A stretch of DNA of 40,995 bases from an uncultured Alistipes sp. (GTDB taxonomy: Bacteria; Bacteroidota; Bacteroidia; Bacteroidales; Rikenellaceae). A program made the translations under genes and the position numbers. Shown one piece after another: positions 9,024 to 19,086 of the stretch (positions are counted from its first letter, which is position 1; every line of letters begins with the position of its first letter). Where the stretch lies: positions 1 through 40,995 of the forward strand of contig CAJUIE010000002.1 of the NCBI GenBank assembly GCA_910586375.1. The letters are read 5' to 3'. The notes beneath the pieces were generated by a model. The model saw only the letters and a program-made list of their open reading frames with translations. It searched no databases and was not told the origin of the DNA.

Positions 9024-10045
9024 TCCGGACCCAAACCCAAACAGACAACCTCTTCGACTCCATTACCCGCCCCGCCACACCTCCGGCTGTGGAGCACTCC
9101 GTGCTGCCCGCCCCGTCATTGCCGGACACCTTGCAAGAGGCGGAGCCGCTACCCGGGATACCCGATTCGCTTGCAGCCGATTTGCCGGTCGAGGCTACAG
9201 ACAGCACTGCCATTCCAGCTCATACGGCAGACGAATATACGTTGTGGTATCGGAAGATCACCTCTGAAACTTCGGACGAACCCTCCTTCCCGACCGCCTC
9301 GGTTCACTATCGGTCGGCAGAAGCCACCGAAGTATTCGGCACGCAGGTTTGCAGCGTTCCACCTCTTCTGCCGCCCGCTCCACCGCGCGGTTCGTTGACC
9401 ACCGAAACAGGGTTTCAGGGTCTGGTACTGGTGCTTACCGCGGCTTATATATTGCTTCTGTCCCGACATTGGCCGGATGTCGTGCTGCTGTCAGGGTCTC
9501 TCGTCCGCCCCCGCCTCTCGTCCGAGCGGCTCTTCGAAGAACCGCTGGGCAATAACATCGGGCGTTTGAAAAGTCTCTCCATCATCCTGGGCCTTTTTTT
9601 CGCCGGGATGGTCGCCGTCCGGCTGCTTCCAACCCAGATTCCCGACGCACTAACTCCCGGATCAAGCCCCATGCTATGGATGGGGGCCACCTTGATCATC
9701 ATGCTGCTCGGATGGCTCCAGTCGGCACTCCTGTTCCTGTCCGGAGCCGTGACGCTAAACCGTCCTCTGGTCGGACGGTTACAGTATCTGAGGCGCGTTT
9801 ACCTCGCTTCAACGGTGCTGCTCGTCGCCCCGGCATTGCTGTTTTATGCTCTGGCTACCCCACGCGCGGGCTTTTTCTGGATCACTCTTGCCGCGATCGA
9901 ATCCATCATAACGTCCATACTGTACCTCATCGGGTCATTGAATCTGTTTCTTGCCAAAAAAATTTCGATTTTGTATTGGTTTTTGTACCTTTGTGCCGTG
10001 GAAATCTTCCCTCTCAGCCTCTTATGGCGGCTTGTGCAGAGGTGA
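9020..10045 (+). CDS. DUF4271 domain membrane protein
   Basis: Multi-TM protein ending in FLYLCAVEI.P, located just upstream of hemD-rnpA as in Bacteroidales. Confidence 0.7.
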   Translation: MIRTQTQTDNLFDSITRPATPPAVEHSVLPAPSLPDTLQEAEPLPGIPDSLAADLPVEATDSTAIPAHTADEYTLWYRKITSETSDEPSFPTASVHYRSAEATEVFGTQVCSVPPLLPPAPPRGSLTTETGFQGLVLVLTAAYILLLSRHWPDVVLLSGSLVRPRLSSERLFEEPLGNNIGRLKSLSIILGLFFAGMVAVRLLPTQIPDALTPGSSPMLWMGATLIIMLLGWLQSALLFLSGAVTLNRPLVGRLQYLRRVYLASTVLLVAPALLFYALATPRAGFFWITLAAIESIITSILYLIGSLNLFLAKKISILYWFLYLCAVEIFPLSLLWRLVQR

Positions 10046-10078
10046 GCCAACCACCAACAACGCAAAAACAGGTTCAGA

Positions 10079-10942
10079 TTGGAAGCAAAGTGCATCCTGG
10101 TTTCCCAACCGAAACCGGCCATCGTCGAGAAGTCTCCGTTCTACGAATTGTCCCAGAGATACGCTACGCAAGTCGTCTACCGCCCGTTCATCCGTGTGGT
10201 GGGGGTATCGCTCAAGGAGTTCCGGGCCCAGCGGGTCGAGATTCTCAATCATACAGCCATTATCTTCACTTCGCGAACAACCGTCGACAGCTTTTTTCAC
10301 CTCGCAGAGGAGGCGCGCATCACCATCCCCGAAAGCATGAAGTATATCTGCCAGACCGAGGCCGTGGCACTTTACCTCCAGAAATACATCGTTTATCGCA
10401 AGCGTAAAATTTCATTCGGCGACGGATCATTCACATCGCTTATCGAGCAAATCATCAAACATAAGGACGAAAAATTCCTCCTGGCACTGAGCGAACCGCA
10501 CAAACCGGAGCTGCCCGATGCCCTCGCCAAGCTGAAACTCTCCGTCGATCCGGTCATCCTGGCCCGCACGGTAGCCGCCGAGCTTGACGACGTGACCCTT
10601 TCCGATTATGACCTGCTGGCACTTTATTCACCCTCGGACATCAAGGCGCTGGTCGAAAAGTTCGGCACAGAGGATCTGCCTGCCATTGCGGTCTTCGGCG
10701 ATGGTACGCTGCGCGCCGCCATCGACGCCGGCGTCACCGTGTTGGCCAACGCCCCGACACCTGCGGCCCCCTCAATGGTCAAGGCCATTGACCTTTATTT
10801 AGACAAGGTGCGCCGCGGCGAAGCCGTTGAACCCGTAGCACTGCCAACCGATACCCACAAGGAAGACTTCATCCGCACGCAGCAGCACCGTCTGGCCAAA
10901 AAGAGCCGGGTGCGGCGTCCTGCGGCCGAAAGCCAGAAATAA
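10079..10942 (+). CDS. hemD: Uroporphyrinogen-III synthase (HemD)-like protein
   Basis: ILVSQPKP..EKSPFY, FRAQRV.IL.HTAIIFTSR..VD.FF, EAVALYLQKYIVYRKRKI; TTG start. Confidence 0.8.
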   Translation: MEAKCILVSQPKPAIVEKSPFYELSQRYATQVVYRPFIRVVGVSLKEFRAQRVEILNHTAIIFTSRTTVDSFFHLAEEARITIPESMKYICQTEAVALYLQKYIVYRKRKISFGDGSFTSLIEQIIKHKDEKFLLALSEPHKPELPDALAKLKLSVDPVILARTVAAELDDVTLSDYDLLALYSPSDIKALVEKFGTEDLPAIAVFGDGTLRAAIDAGVTVLANAPTPAAPSMVKAIDLYLDKVRRGEAVEPVALPTDTHKEDFIRTQQHRLAKKSRVRRPAAESQK

Positions 10943-11007
10943 ACATCCCGGCCCATGCCGGAGCCTGCCATACTCACTGCCTGCCCACTACTATACCCCG
11001 CTGCGCC

Positions 11008-11379
11008 ATGCCTGACTGCTCGCTTCCCCGCTCCCAGCGTCTCCGTTCGCTCGGAGCCGTGCGGCGTCTGTTCGAAAGCGGCGAGAGCGGCTTCGTCTTT
11101 CCATTCCGTTATGTGTGGTACGCCGAGCCCGATGCGGAACGCTCGGTTGAGGTGCTCTTCTCCGTACCCAAGAAATTCCACAAGCGAGCCAACCGGCGCA
11201 ACCTCATCCGTCGGCGCACCAAGGAGGCTTACAGACTTCAGAAACAGATACTTTGCAACGATGGACATGCCGTCAATATCGACCTGGCATTGATTTACTC
11301 CTCCAAAGAAGCCCTTCCCTATAAAAACATCCGACATGCCGTACGACGAATCCTCGAAACGGTCTCCGGGCGTCTTTAG
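11008..11379 (+). CDS. rnpA: Ribonuclease P protein component
   Basis: [26 protein letters not shown] (RNR motif). Confidence 0.95.
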   Translation: MPDCSLPRSQRLRSLGAVRRLFESGESGFVFPFRYVWYAEPDAERSVEVLFSVPKKFHKRANRRNLIRRRTKEAYRLQKQILCNDGHAVNIDLALIYSSKEALPYKNIRHAVRRILETVSGRL

Positions 11380-11596
11380 ACGACTTTGTGCCGCACCGCT
11401 CCTCATCGCAGTGCGCTTTTACCAGCTCTGCATTTCGCCTTTCACGCCTCCGGCGTGCCGCTTTACCCCCACATGTTCACAATATGCCCTCGAGGCTTTG
11501 CGCAAATACGGACCGCTGAAAGGGGGATGGCTCACCCTGCGACGTCTGTCCCGTTGTCACCCCTGGGGTGGCAGCGGCTACGATCCCGTACCTTAA
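11336..11596 (+). CDS. yidD: Membrane protein insertion efficiency factor
   Basis: FYQ..ISP....CRF.PTCSQY..EA..KYG..KG..L...[15 protein letters not shown]; start uncertain. Confidence 0.9.
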   Translation: MPYDESSKRSPGVFRRLCAAPLLIAVRFYQLCISPFTPPACRFTPTCSQYALEALRKYGPLKGGWLTLRRLSRCHPWGGSGYDPVP

Positions 11597-11621
11597 GAAA
11601 GCGACACTCCTCCTCTCTGAC

Positions 11622-11653
11622 AAGGGCAGCCTCAGTATATGGCTGCCCTTTTT
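11622..11653 (+). terminator. Rho-independent terminator after yidD
   Basis: AAGGGCAGCC...GGCTGCCCTT hairpin plus T run. Confidence 0.8.
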
Positions 11654-11787
11654 GTGGTTTTAATCCGCGTGACAGAGCATAAAAAACAACGAAAAGAGCA
11701 ACGAATAAAACAAAATCGAACAAATTGGATTGATCCGCTCGACCGAAATCATTATCTTTGTCGCACACGCCTTTACCCGGCATCCGT

Positions 11788-12318
11788 ATGCAATACCTCT
11801 GCAAGTACCCTTCGCCGTTGGGCGAGCTCACCCTCGCGGCCGATGAGCTCGGCCTGACCGGAATCTGGTTCGAGGGCCAGAAGTATTTCGCCGCAACGCT
11901 CGCCCAGAGTCCCACGATGGCTCAAACTCCCATTCTCGAGCGTACCGTCGGATGGCTCGATCGTTATTTCGCCGGTTACGATCCTGGGCCTACACCGCCG
12001 CTGCATTTGCAAGGCACCCCGTTTCGGCTGGCCGTATGGACGCTGTTGCGGCGCATTCCTTACGGCACGACTACCACCTACGGACGACTGGCCCGCAAGC
12101 TGGCTCGCTGCCAGAGGTGCCCGAGCATGTCGGCCCAGGCCATAGGCAGCGCCATCGGGCACAATCCCGTGAGCATTCTCGTTCCCTGCCACCGTGTCGT
12201 GGGCTATAACGGCGATCCGACAGGTTACGCCGGGGGTATCGATCGAAAAAAAGCGCTGCTCGCTATTGAGCGGGCAGCAGCACCGGCACCCTCCCTCTTT
12301 TCGGCAGCCGAAGTATAG
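11788..12318 (+). CDS. ogt: Methylated-DNA--protein-cysteine methyltransferase
   Basis: SPLG.L, GTPF...VW..L..IPYG...TYG, NP..I.VPCHRV active site; TATCTTTG box at 11753-11760. Confidence 0.9.
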   Translation: MQYLCKYPSPLGELTLAADELGLTGIWFEGQKYFAATLAQSPTMAQTPILERTVGWLDRYFAGYDPGPTPPLHLQGTPFRLAVWTLLRRIPYGTTTTYGRLARKLARCQRCPSMSAQAIGSAIGHNPVSILVPCHRVVGYNGDPTGYAGGIDRKKALLAIERAAAPAPSLFSAAEV

Positions 12319-12354
12319 GAAAAGGAAGTCTGCGGATATTTTGTTTTCGACGGG

Positions 12355-13428
12355 CTATTCTCCTTTTCCGGACAGCTCTATCTGCTGCCGGATCGACTCC
12401 TCGTGAATAGCCCGGAGTATGGTGCGCATAAATTCGCGGTCCATATTCAGGGCCGCAGCCTGAGCCGTCCGACGGGCCAGCAGCTCTTCATAGCGCTGCG
12501 CCTGAAGTATGGGCATGGCGTGCTCCTTCTTATAGCGGCCAATGTCGCGGGCTACATCCATACGTTGCGCCAACAATTCCAACAGCTGATCATCGATCTT
12601 GTCGATCCGGGCCCGAAGTTCATGGAGACTTCCGGAGGAGGCACTCTTTTCGCGGATAATGAGTTTGTGGATAATACAGGCCAGAGCTTCGGGGGTGATC
12701 TGCTGCTCGCTGTCGCTCCAGGCATTATCGGGCATGCTGTGAGCCTCGACAATAAGGCCATCGAAACCGATGTCCATAGCCTGCTGGGCGAGCGGAGCGA
12801 TCAACTCACGCCGACCACCGATATGACTCGGGTCGCAGAATAACTGGAGCCCGGGCAAACGTCGGTGCAGCTCGATAGGAAGGGCCCACATCGGATGGTT
12901 GCGGTAAAGACTTCGGTCTATCGGGGTGAAACCGCGATGTATAGCCCCCATGCGGCGAACACCGGCGTTGTAAAGACGTTCTATGGCTCCGATCCACAGC
13001 TCCAGATCGGGACTGACGGGGTTTTTCACCAGCACAGGCACATCCTTTCCGCACAGAGAATCGGCTATTTCCTGCATGGCGAAGGGGTTAGCGACCGTAC
13101 GGGCTCCGATCCAAAGCAGGTCGACCTCTCCTTCGAGGGCTGCTGCCACATGGTCGCGGGTAGCGACTTCGGTAGCTGTATACATGCCCGTTTCACGCTT
13201 CACACGACGAAGCCATGCCAGCCCTTCAGCTCCCACACCTTCGAATCCACCGGGTTTGGTACGGGGTTTCCACAACCCGGCACGGAAGATGCGGATGCCT
13301 TCAGCAGCCAGCCTGCGCGCCGTGTCAAGCGTCTGAGCTTCAGTTTCGGCACTGCACGGCCCGGCAATAACCAGGGGCCGGCGGTCGGCTATCGTTGCAA
13401 AACGAATGGGTTCAAGGTCGTTCATCAT
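12355..13428 (-). CDS. Bifunctional DAHP synthase / chorismate mutase
   Basis: IAGPCSAE, WKPRT.P..FEG.G, WIGAR, DPSH; C-terminal AroQ domain LR..ID.ID..L..LL..RM. Confidence 0.95.
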   Translation of the reverse strand: MMNDLEPIRFATIADRRPLVIAGPCSAETEAQTLDTARRLAAEGIRIFRAGLWKPRTKPGGFEGVGAEGLAWLRRVKRETGMYTATEVATRDHVAAALEGEVDLLWIGARTVANPFAMQEIADSLCGKDVPVLVKNPVSPDLELWIGAIERLYNAGVRRMGAIHRGFTPIDRSLYRNHPMWALPIELHRRLPGLQLFCDPSHIGGRRELIAPLAQQAMDIGFDGLIVEAHSMPDNAWSDSEQQITPEALACIIHKLIIREKSASSGSLHELRARIDKIDDQLLELLAQRMDVARDIGRYKKEHAMPILQAQRYEELLARRTAQAAALNMDREFMRTILRAIHEESIRQQIELSGKGE

Positions 13429-13435
13429 ACGCTAC

Positions 13436-13469
13436 AAAAAAAGAGACCGTCAGTCGTGACGATCTCTTT
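13436..13469 (-). terminator. Terminator after tRNA-Thr
   Basis: Minus strand AAAGAGATCGTCA-CGAC-TGACGGTCTCTTTTTTT. Confidence 0.8.
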
Positions 13470-13477
13470 CAAGTCCG

Positions 13478-13549
<72 letters not shown>

Positions 13550-13663
13550 AACATGCTCTTTCGAGTGGTGCAAAAGTAGGTAAAAAATCGAAAAACACAA
13601 AAAAATCGGGAGGCTTTTCGCGTTTTTTTTCTATCTTTACTTGCGAATCATAATTCCATATCC

Positions 13664-14620
13664 ATGCAACGCATCCTGATCGTCGGCGCCGGCGGACAGA
13701 TCGGTTCCGAACTGACAACCTATCTCCGGGAAATTTATGGAGGTTCCAACGTAGTCGCCACCGACATGCGCGACTGCCGTTTTCTGGGCGAAGAAGGGCC
13801 TTTCGAGGTGCTGAATGCGCTCGACGCTACGGCTATGGCATCGGTCGTCGCACGTTACCATGTCGACACCATCTTCAACCTTGTCGCGCTCTTGTCGGCC
13901 GTCGGAGAACGCAATCCCCAAATGGCCTGGGCCGTCAACATGGGGGCTCTGAACAACTCGCTCGAAGTGGCACGGCAGCACCATTGTGCCCTCTTTACCC
14001 CTTCCTCAATCGGGGCTTTCGGCCCCTCGTCGCCCAAGGACCTGACGCCCCAGGACACGATCATGCAGCCCACGACCATTTACGGCATCTGTAAATATAC
14101 GGGCGAGATGCTCAGCAATTACTACCATCATAAATACGGCGTCGACACGCGCTCGGTCCGCTTTCCGGGCATCATATCCAACGTCACGCTTCCCGGAGGC
14201 GGCACCACCGACTATGCCGTAGAAATCTACTACGAAGCCGTCAGATCGGGACGTTTCACCTGTCCCGTTCCGGCTGACGTGTACATGGACATGATCTATA
14301 TGCCCGATGCACTGCGTGCATGCGTCGAGCTGATGGAGGCCGACCCGGCGCACCTCATCCACCGCAACAGCTTCAACCTTGCATCGATGAGCTTCACACC
14401 CGAAATCATTGCTGCCGAAATCCGGAAACATATCCCGGAATTCACGATGACTTACGACATCGACCCCGTTAAGCGCGACATTGCCGAGAGCTGGCCCAAC
14501 TCGCTCGACGACACCTGCGCCCGCGAAGAGTGGGGTTGGCGCCCCAAGTGGGACCTCACGCGAATGACCGACGACATGCTGGCCCATATCCGCACCAAAA
14601 TGGCACCAGGCCATCATTAA
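13664..14620 (+). CDS. NAD-dependent epimerase/SDR, L-threonine 3-dehydrogenase type
   Basis: GAGGQIG.EL, LLSAVGE, PSSIGAFG, YGICK, PGGGTTDYAV, I..SWP..LDD motifs of GalE-like Thr dehydrogenases. Confidence 0.85.
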   Translation: MQRILIVGAGGQIGSELTTYLREIYGGSNVVATDMRDCRFLGEEGPFEVLNALDATAMASVVARYHVDTIFNLVALLSAVGERNPQMAWAVNMGALNNSLEVARQHHCALFTPSSIGAFGPSSPKDLTPQDTIMQPTTIYGICKYTGEMLSNYYHHKYGVDTRSVRFPGIISNVTLPGGGTTDYAVEIYYEAVRSGRFTCPVPADVYMDMIYMPDALRACVELMEADPAHLIHRNSFNLASMSFTPEIIAAEIRKHIPEFTMTYDIDPVKRDIAESWPNSLDDTCAREEWGWRPKWDLTRMTDDMLAHIRTKMAPGHH

Positions 14621-14688
14621 AAATTACTCGGGCCGGGCCCTGCAAAGGCTCGCCCGGGCAAGAACTGGAGAAAATACAAAAAAACGTC

Positions 14689-15639
14689 ATGATGAAAAAA
14701 CTTCTTCGTTGGATTCTCGCAATCGTCGTTGTGGCGATCGCCGCCCTCATAGGCGGCAGTCTCTATTTAATCTCCTATTCGCTCACGCCCGACCGGACAA
14801 TGCAGGCTAAGAATGCCTCGACTGAAGCCGACATGAGAGCCAATTATCCCCTGCTTGGTCCGTGGCTCGACAGCCTCAGAACCACCGGAGCACTGCGCGA
14901 CACCACGATCCTCAGTGCCGGGGGCGAGCGGCTCCACGCCATTTACGCTGCGGCGCCCGAACCAACCGACCGCACGGCCGTCATTGTCCACGGTTACACA
15001 GACAATGCCCTGCGCATGTCGATGATCGGATACCTTTATAATCACGACCTGAGGTATAATATCCTTCTGCCCGATCTTTATTATCACGGCGAAAGCGAAG
15101 GCCGCGCTATCCGCATGGGATGGAAAGACCGGCTCGACGTGCTGCGGTGGATGGAGGTTGCCAACCCTATTTTCGGAGGCAAGACGCAGATGGTCGTCCA
15201 CGGCATTTCGATGGGAGCCGCCACCACGATGATGGTCTCAGGCGAGCCCCAGCAGCCTTATGTCAGGTGCTTCGTCGAGGATTGCGGCTATACGAGCGTC
15301 CGCGACCAGTTTGCCAAAGAGCTCAAGGAACAGTTCGGGCTGCCGGCCTTTCCGCTGCTCGACGTGGCGAGTTGGTTGTGCGCGCTGAAATACGGATGGA
15401 ACTTTCGGGAAGCCTCGGCTCTTCGGCAGGTTGAGCGATGCGAGCTGCCCATGATGTTCATCCACGGCGATGCCGACGATTTCGTGCCCACATGGATGGT
15501 CTACCCGCTTTTCGAAGCCAAACCGGGAGACAAGGAGTTGTGGATCGTACCCGGAGCCGCCCATGCACTCTCCTACCGCGACAACCGTGAAGAGTATACG
15601 CGTCGCGTCGGCGAGTTTGTCGGGCGTTATATCAAATGA
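14689..15639 (+). CDS. Alpha/beta hydrolase, N-terminally anchored
   Basis: VHGY, HGISMG nucleophile, EDCGY, FIHG.AD.FVP, GAAH; start re-called at MMKK. Confidence 0.9.
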   Translation: MMKKLLRWILAIVVVAIAALIGGSLYLISYSLTPDRTMQAKNASTEADMRANYPLLGPWLDSLRTTGALRDTTILSAGGERLHAIYAAAPEPTDRTAVIVHGYTDNALRMSMIGYLYNHDLRYNILLPDLYYHGESEGRAIRMGWKDRLDVLRWMEVANPIFGGKTQMVVHGISMGAATTMMVSGEPQQPYVRCFVEDCGYTSVRDQFAKELKEQFGLPAFPLLDVASWLCALKYGWNFREASALRQVERCELPMMFIHGDADDFVPTWMVYPLFEAKPGDKELWIVPGAAHALSYRDNREEYTRRVGEFVGRYIK

Positions 15640-15659
15640 CGAAATAATCCGATAGAATC

Positions 15660-17486
15660 ATGAAGCGATTTTTGATTTTCGCCGCTGCACTGCTCTGTGC
15701 TGCTTGTGGAAAGAGTGTCGATGCCGTATCGCCCGAACCCCCGATCGGCCCTTCGGAGCCTGTTGTGACAACGCTTTCTGTAAAAGATTATGATGCCGAT
15801 TATGCTCTTTTGGGCGGCTGGGTGTCGGGGATCGATGTCGCCACACTCGACGAAGTAGGCGTGCAGTATCTGGTCCAGAATGACGAAACAAATCCGTCCG
15901 GGGAGCACTGGACCCAGGCCGTGGAGGTCGTGGCCGCCGCTCCGGCCGAAAGATGGACCTTGCGAATCGAAGAACTTGAGCCGGAGACCTGCTACGCCGT
16001 GCGGGCTTTCGTCGGAATAAAACATGTGCGCTATTACGCTGTTCCGGAATACTTTAAAACGTTACGACCGAGCGAGCTGGAGCCTGAACCGGCACTCTCC
16101 GTCGCACAGTTCCGGAGGTTGGTGGCCGAAGGTGCCGATGTCGCCGACAAGCGTATACGGGGATATGTCGCATTGAGTATCCCCGCTGATTGCACGACCG
16201 AAAGCTTTCCCGCTGCAACCGTCGTACTTTACGACAACGTGGGCACAACCTCTTCGGCACTCTTCTTTACAGGCGAGGGCATCGGCGCAGCCTCTTTACA
16301 AAGAGGTGATTGCGTGGAGATCGCGCTTGCCGGAGTCGTACCCGGCGACCGCAGCGACCTCTACGAAGTGACTGCGGCTACCGACCTGGTGAAGATCGAC
16401 AGCGGGCACGCCATTATTCCGGTGTGGGCGACCCCGGCTCAGCTAATCGCCTCAACGAACGAATATGTCGCCGCACCGCTTCGCATCGGACGCCTCTATG
16501 CGGAACGTCCCGGAGAGCTTTTCTCTGCGGACGACAACTTTTTTACCGACGGAGAAGCCCGCATCGCCGTCCATGCTGCTGCAACGAGCGTCATAGGACA
16601 GCTGGCCTCGAATGCAGCGACAGGTACCCTTTGCGGCATCTGCACTTACGAGAATGAAACGGTACAGGTCGTGCCAGTCACAGAAGCCGACGTGGCCGAC
16701 TTCACAGGCGATGTCGGCATTGCCGAAGGCGAAGCCTCTATCGAGCTGCTCAACACCCAATATTACGAATTTCCGCCTCAGGGCGGCGAGCGCATCGTCG
16801 AGTGCCGGGTAACAGCCCCGGCAGGCATGCGTCTGTGGGTCGATCTGCGCAATATCGACGAGAGTTGTTTCTCGGTGGAGATTGCCGGAGATAAAGTGCG
16901 CCTCCTGGCCCGACCCAATCGAACGGGCAAGGCAGTCGACTATGCCAACTGCTACCTTTATCTTGCCCAAACCAAGGAGGGACAACGCTATGTTCCACAG
17001 ACTATTCGCCTTGCGCAACTCGGCAACTCCTATGAATCACTGCCGGCTCTGATCGCCGCCAACGGAGGAGAGCTCGCCTCGGTCCACGAAGCCCTGGTCA
17101 ACGGCGTGTCTGTCCGTGCCCTGAAACTCGGCTCGGGAAATTACACGGGGCACTATTGCTCGGATCCGGCTGGTGCTGCGGGCGACCGTGTGCTGAGCTT
17201 TTATGCCCTGGGATGGAGCGAAGGCGATCACGATGCCGCGACGCTTTATCTGCGGGCCGTGGGCGGCGGCTCTCTTTCGACAACCGATATCCCGCTTACC
17301 ATCAACACCGGAGCTACGGGGATGGCTCCTTTCAACCTCACCGTCGATGACAAATCCCGTTACGAAGTGACATTGCACGACTGGACGCCGGGTTCGGCCA
17401 TCGAGTTCTCGACCAGCCCGACCTTTGACAAGAAAAAGGATAACAAAACCGGCCGGGCCCTCCTGTTCGGATTGCAGATCGACTGA
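15660..17486 (+). CDS. Multidomain surface lipoprotein (FN3-like, OB-fold/DUF5689-like, BACON-like)
   Basis: Lipobox CAAC; LEPETCYAVRAF (FN3-like), GD.VEI.L (OB-like), F...GG...V and PNRTG (BACON-like). Confidence 0.6.
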   Translation: MKRFLIFAAALLCAACGKSVDAVSPEPPIGPSEPVVTTLSVKDYDADYALLGGWVSGIDVATLDEVGVQYLVQNDETNPSGEHWTQAVEVVAAAPAERWTLRIEELEPETCYAVRAFVGIKHVRYYAVPEYFKTLRPSELEPEPALSVAQFRRLVAEGADVADKRIRGYVALSIPADCTTESFPAATVVLYDNVGTTSSALFFTGEGIGAASLQRGDCVEIALAGVVPGDRSDLYEVTAATDLVKIDSGHAIIPVWATPAQLIASTNEYVAAPLRIGRLYAERPGELFSADDNFFTDGEARIAVHAAATSVIGQLASNAATGTLCGICTYENETVQVVPVTEADVADFTGDVGIAEGEASIELLNTQYYEFPPQGGERIVECRVTAPAGMRLWVDLRNIDESCFSVEIAGDKVRLLARPNRTGKAVDYANCYLYLAQTKEGQRYVPQTIRLAQLGNSYESLPALIAANGGELASVHEALVNGVSVRALKLGSGNYTGHYCSDPAGAAGDRVLSFYALGWSEGDHDAATLYLRAVGGGSLSTTDIPLTINTGATGMAPFNLTVDDKSRYEVTLHDWTPGSAIEFSTSPTFDKKKDNKTGRALLFGLQID

Positions 17487-17535
17487 GCCACAGCGTCCCG
17501 GTCCTGAACGAAAAGCAGGTCAGAGCACGCCCTAC

Positions 17536-17567
17536 AAAAAAGCCGTCCCAAAATCGGGACGGCTTTA
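17536..17567. terminator. Bidirectional terminator
   Basis: AAAAAAGCCGTCCC-AAAATC-GGGACGGCTTT between convergent genes. Confidence 0.85.
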
Positions 17568-17644
17568 ATTAATAATTCTGCTTCGGGCGACCTACGACCG
17601 AAACTACCTCATAACAGCCATCGGTCCGGTCCGTTTCAAGTCCT

Positions 17645-18736
17645 TTACTCCTCTGTCGCCTCCTCCGTTTCAACGGGGGCCGGCTCTTCGTAAGGTTCAA
17701 CGTCGATCAGCTCGACTTCAAACTCCAAAGCTTCATTGGGACCGATGTCGCGACCGGCACCACGCTCGCCATAAGCCAGCTCTGCAGGAATCCAAAGCGT
17801 GATCTTACCCCCCTTGCCGACGAGCTGCAAACCCTCGGTCCAGCCCCGGATAACACGATGCAACGGAAACTCGACGGGTTCATCTTTATCGTAACTATCG
17901 GGACGCTGCTCCTTAAGCATCTTCTGCTGCTCCTGCGGACGATTTTTGAAGATCGACGTATCAAAAACCTTACCCTCGCGCGTACGGCCCGTATAATGGA
18001 CCTTCACCACGTCACGCACATCCTTAGGCCGAGCCTCCAGGTCACCGGCCTCGGTAATCTTATAAAGGAGCCCCGATTCGGTTTTCTTGACGCCCGACTT
18101 CTTCTCGATCTTTTCGAGCCAGGCTTTTGAAGCCTCGGCATTCTCAGCCGGACGCTTCACCATGAAATAATACTGCAAATACTGGTTCACGTCCTCCTCG
18201 TTCATCCGGGAATTGCCGTCGCGGACCTGCTGCATAGCCTCCGTGATCCAGACAATCTGCAAGGGTATACCGCTCTCTCGCAGATTAGAACCGACATCGG
18301 TACCGAAAGCCTCGGAGAGCTGCGTGCGCTCCTCCTCCGTCTCGAACATGTCGGGATCGGCCAAAGGATACTCTACCGCAGTCGAATCACCAGCGGCCCA
18401 ACGGATGCTGTCGGCCGCAGCACGCTTCAGAGCAATGGCCCGCCCACGTTCGCCGCGCTTGTTCATGAAGTAGTCGCGCAGCAGATCAAGGGCCTGGTCG
18501 TGCGCCTCGGCATCTTCATGCAGCGCAGCCTGCTTGAGACTCTTCTCGATGGCTTTGTAATCGAAGGGGATATCGCCCATCTGGTAATTCATCCCATAAG
18601 CGATATTGGCACCCATGGCATACGACAACGAGTCGAACTCCGACATGCTGCCCATGCGGATGCCCTCTTTAGCCCCTCCGCAGCAGGCGCTCAGCCCGGC
18701 AGCGGCAAGCACCGCAATAAAAAGATTTTTTTTCAT
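17645..18736 (-). CDS. FKBP-type peptidyl-prolyl isomerase lipoprotein
   Basis: DSLSYAMG FKBP_N; T.SGL.Y, V.VHY.G...G.VFD.S, VI.GW.EGL, IP.ELAYG, L.FEVEL; TACCTTTG box at 18779-18786 (minus). Confidence 0.92.
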   Translation of the reverse strand: MKKNLFIAVLAAAGLSACCGGAKEGIRMGSMSEFDSLSYAMGANIAYGMNYQMGDIPFDYKAIEKSLKQAALHEDAEAHDQALDLLRDYFMNKRGERGRAIALKRAAADSIRWAAGDSTAVEYPLADPDMFETEEERTQLSEAFGTDVGSNLRESGIPLQIVWITEAMQQVRDGNSRMNEEDVNQYLQYYFMVKRPAENAEASKAWLEKIEKKSGVKKTESGLLYKITEAGDLEARPKDVRDVVKVHYTGRTREGKVFDTSIFKNRPQEQQKMLKEQRPDSYDKDEPVEFPLHRVIRGWTEGLQLVGKGGKITLWIPAELAYGERGAGRDIGPNEALEFEVELIDVEPYEEPAPVETEEATEE

Positions 18737-18988
18737 GACTTTATCTGTTTTTTTAAATGCTTCACGCATAATCCGGGACAAAGGTACAAAATAAACCCAA
18801 AAAACGGCCGATTATCCGAAAATAAAACGCACAAAATCCCACACTTGCCGCAAATCGGCCGAAAACGTCTCCGCGCAAAGCCAAAGATATCAAAATAACC
18901 GGTTTTTCCTCAAGATCGAAAATATCGCGAAGCAGAATCCTTGCAGCAAAAAGCTTTCCACCTTTTAGAAGGTCTCGGTATCAGAGAC

Positions 18989-19035
18989 AAAAAATCCCGC
19001 GGCATCGGCTATGTATGCCCCGGGATATTCTTTTT
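18989..19035. terminator. Probable terminator downstream of the second FKBP gene
   Basis: A6-TCCCG.GGCAT...ATGCC.CGGGAT hairpin with A/T runs on both sides. Confidence 0.55.
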
Positions 19036-19086
19036 CAGAGGAATCCGCTGTTACGCCCCCTCGGTCCTTTTCGCCCACTCACCGCA

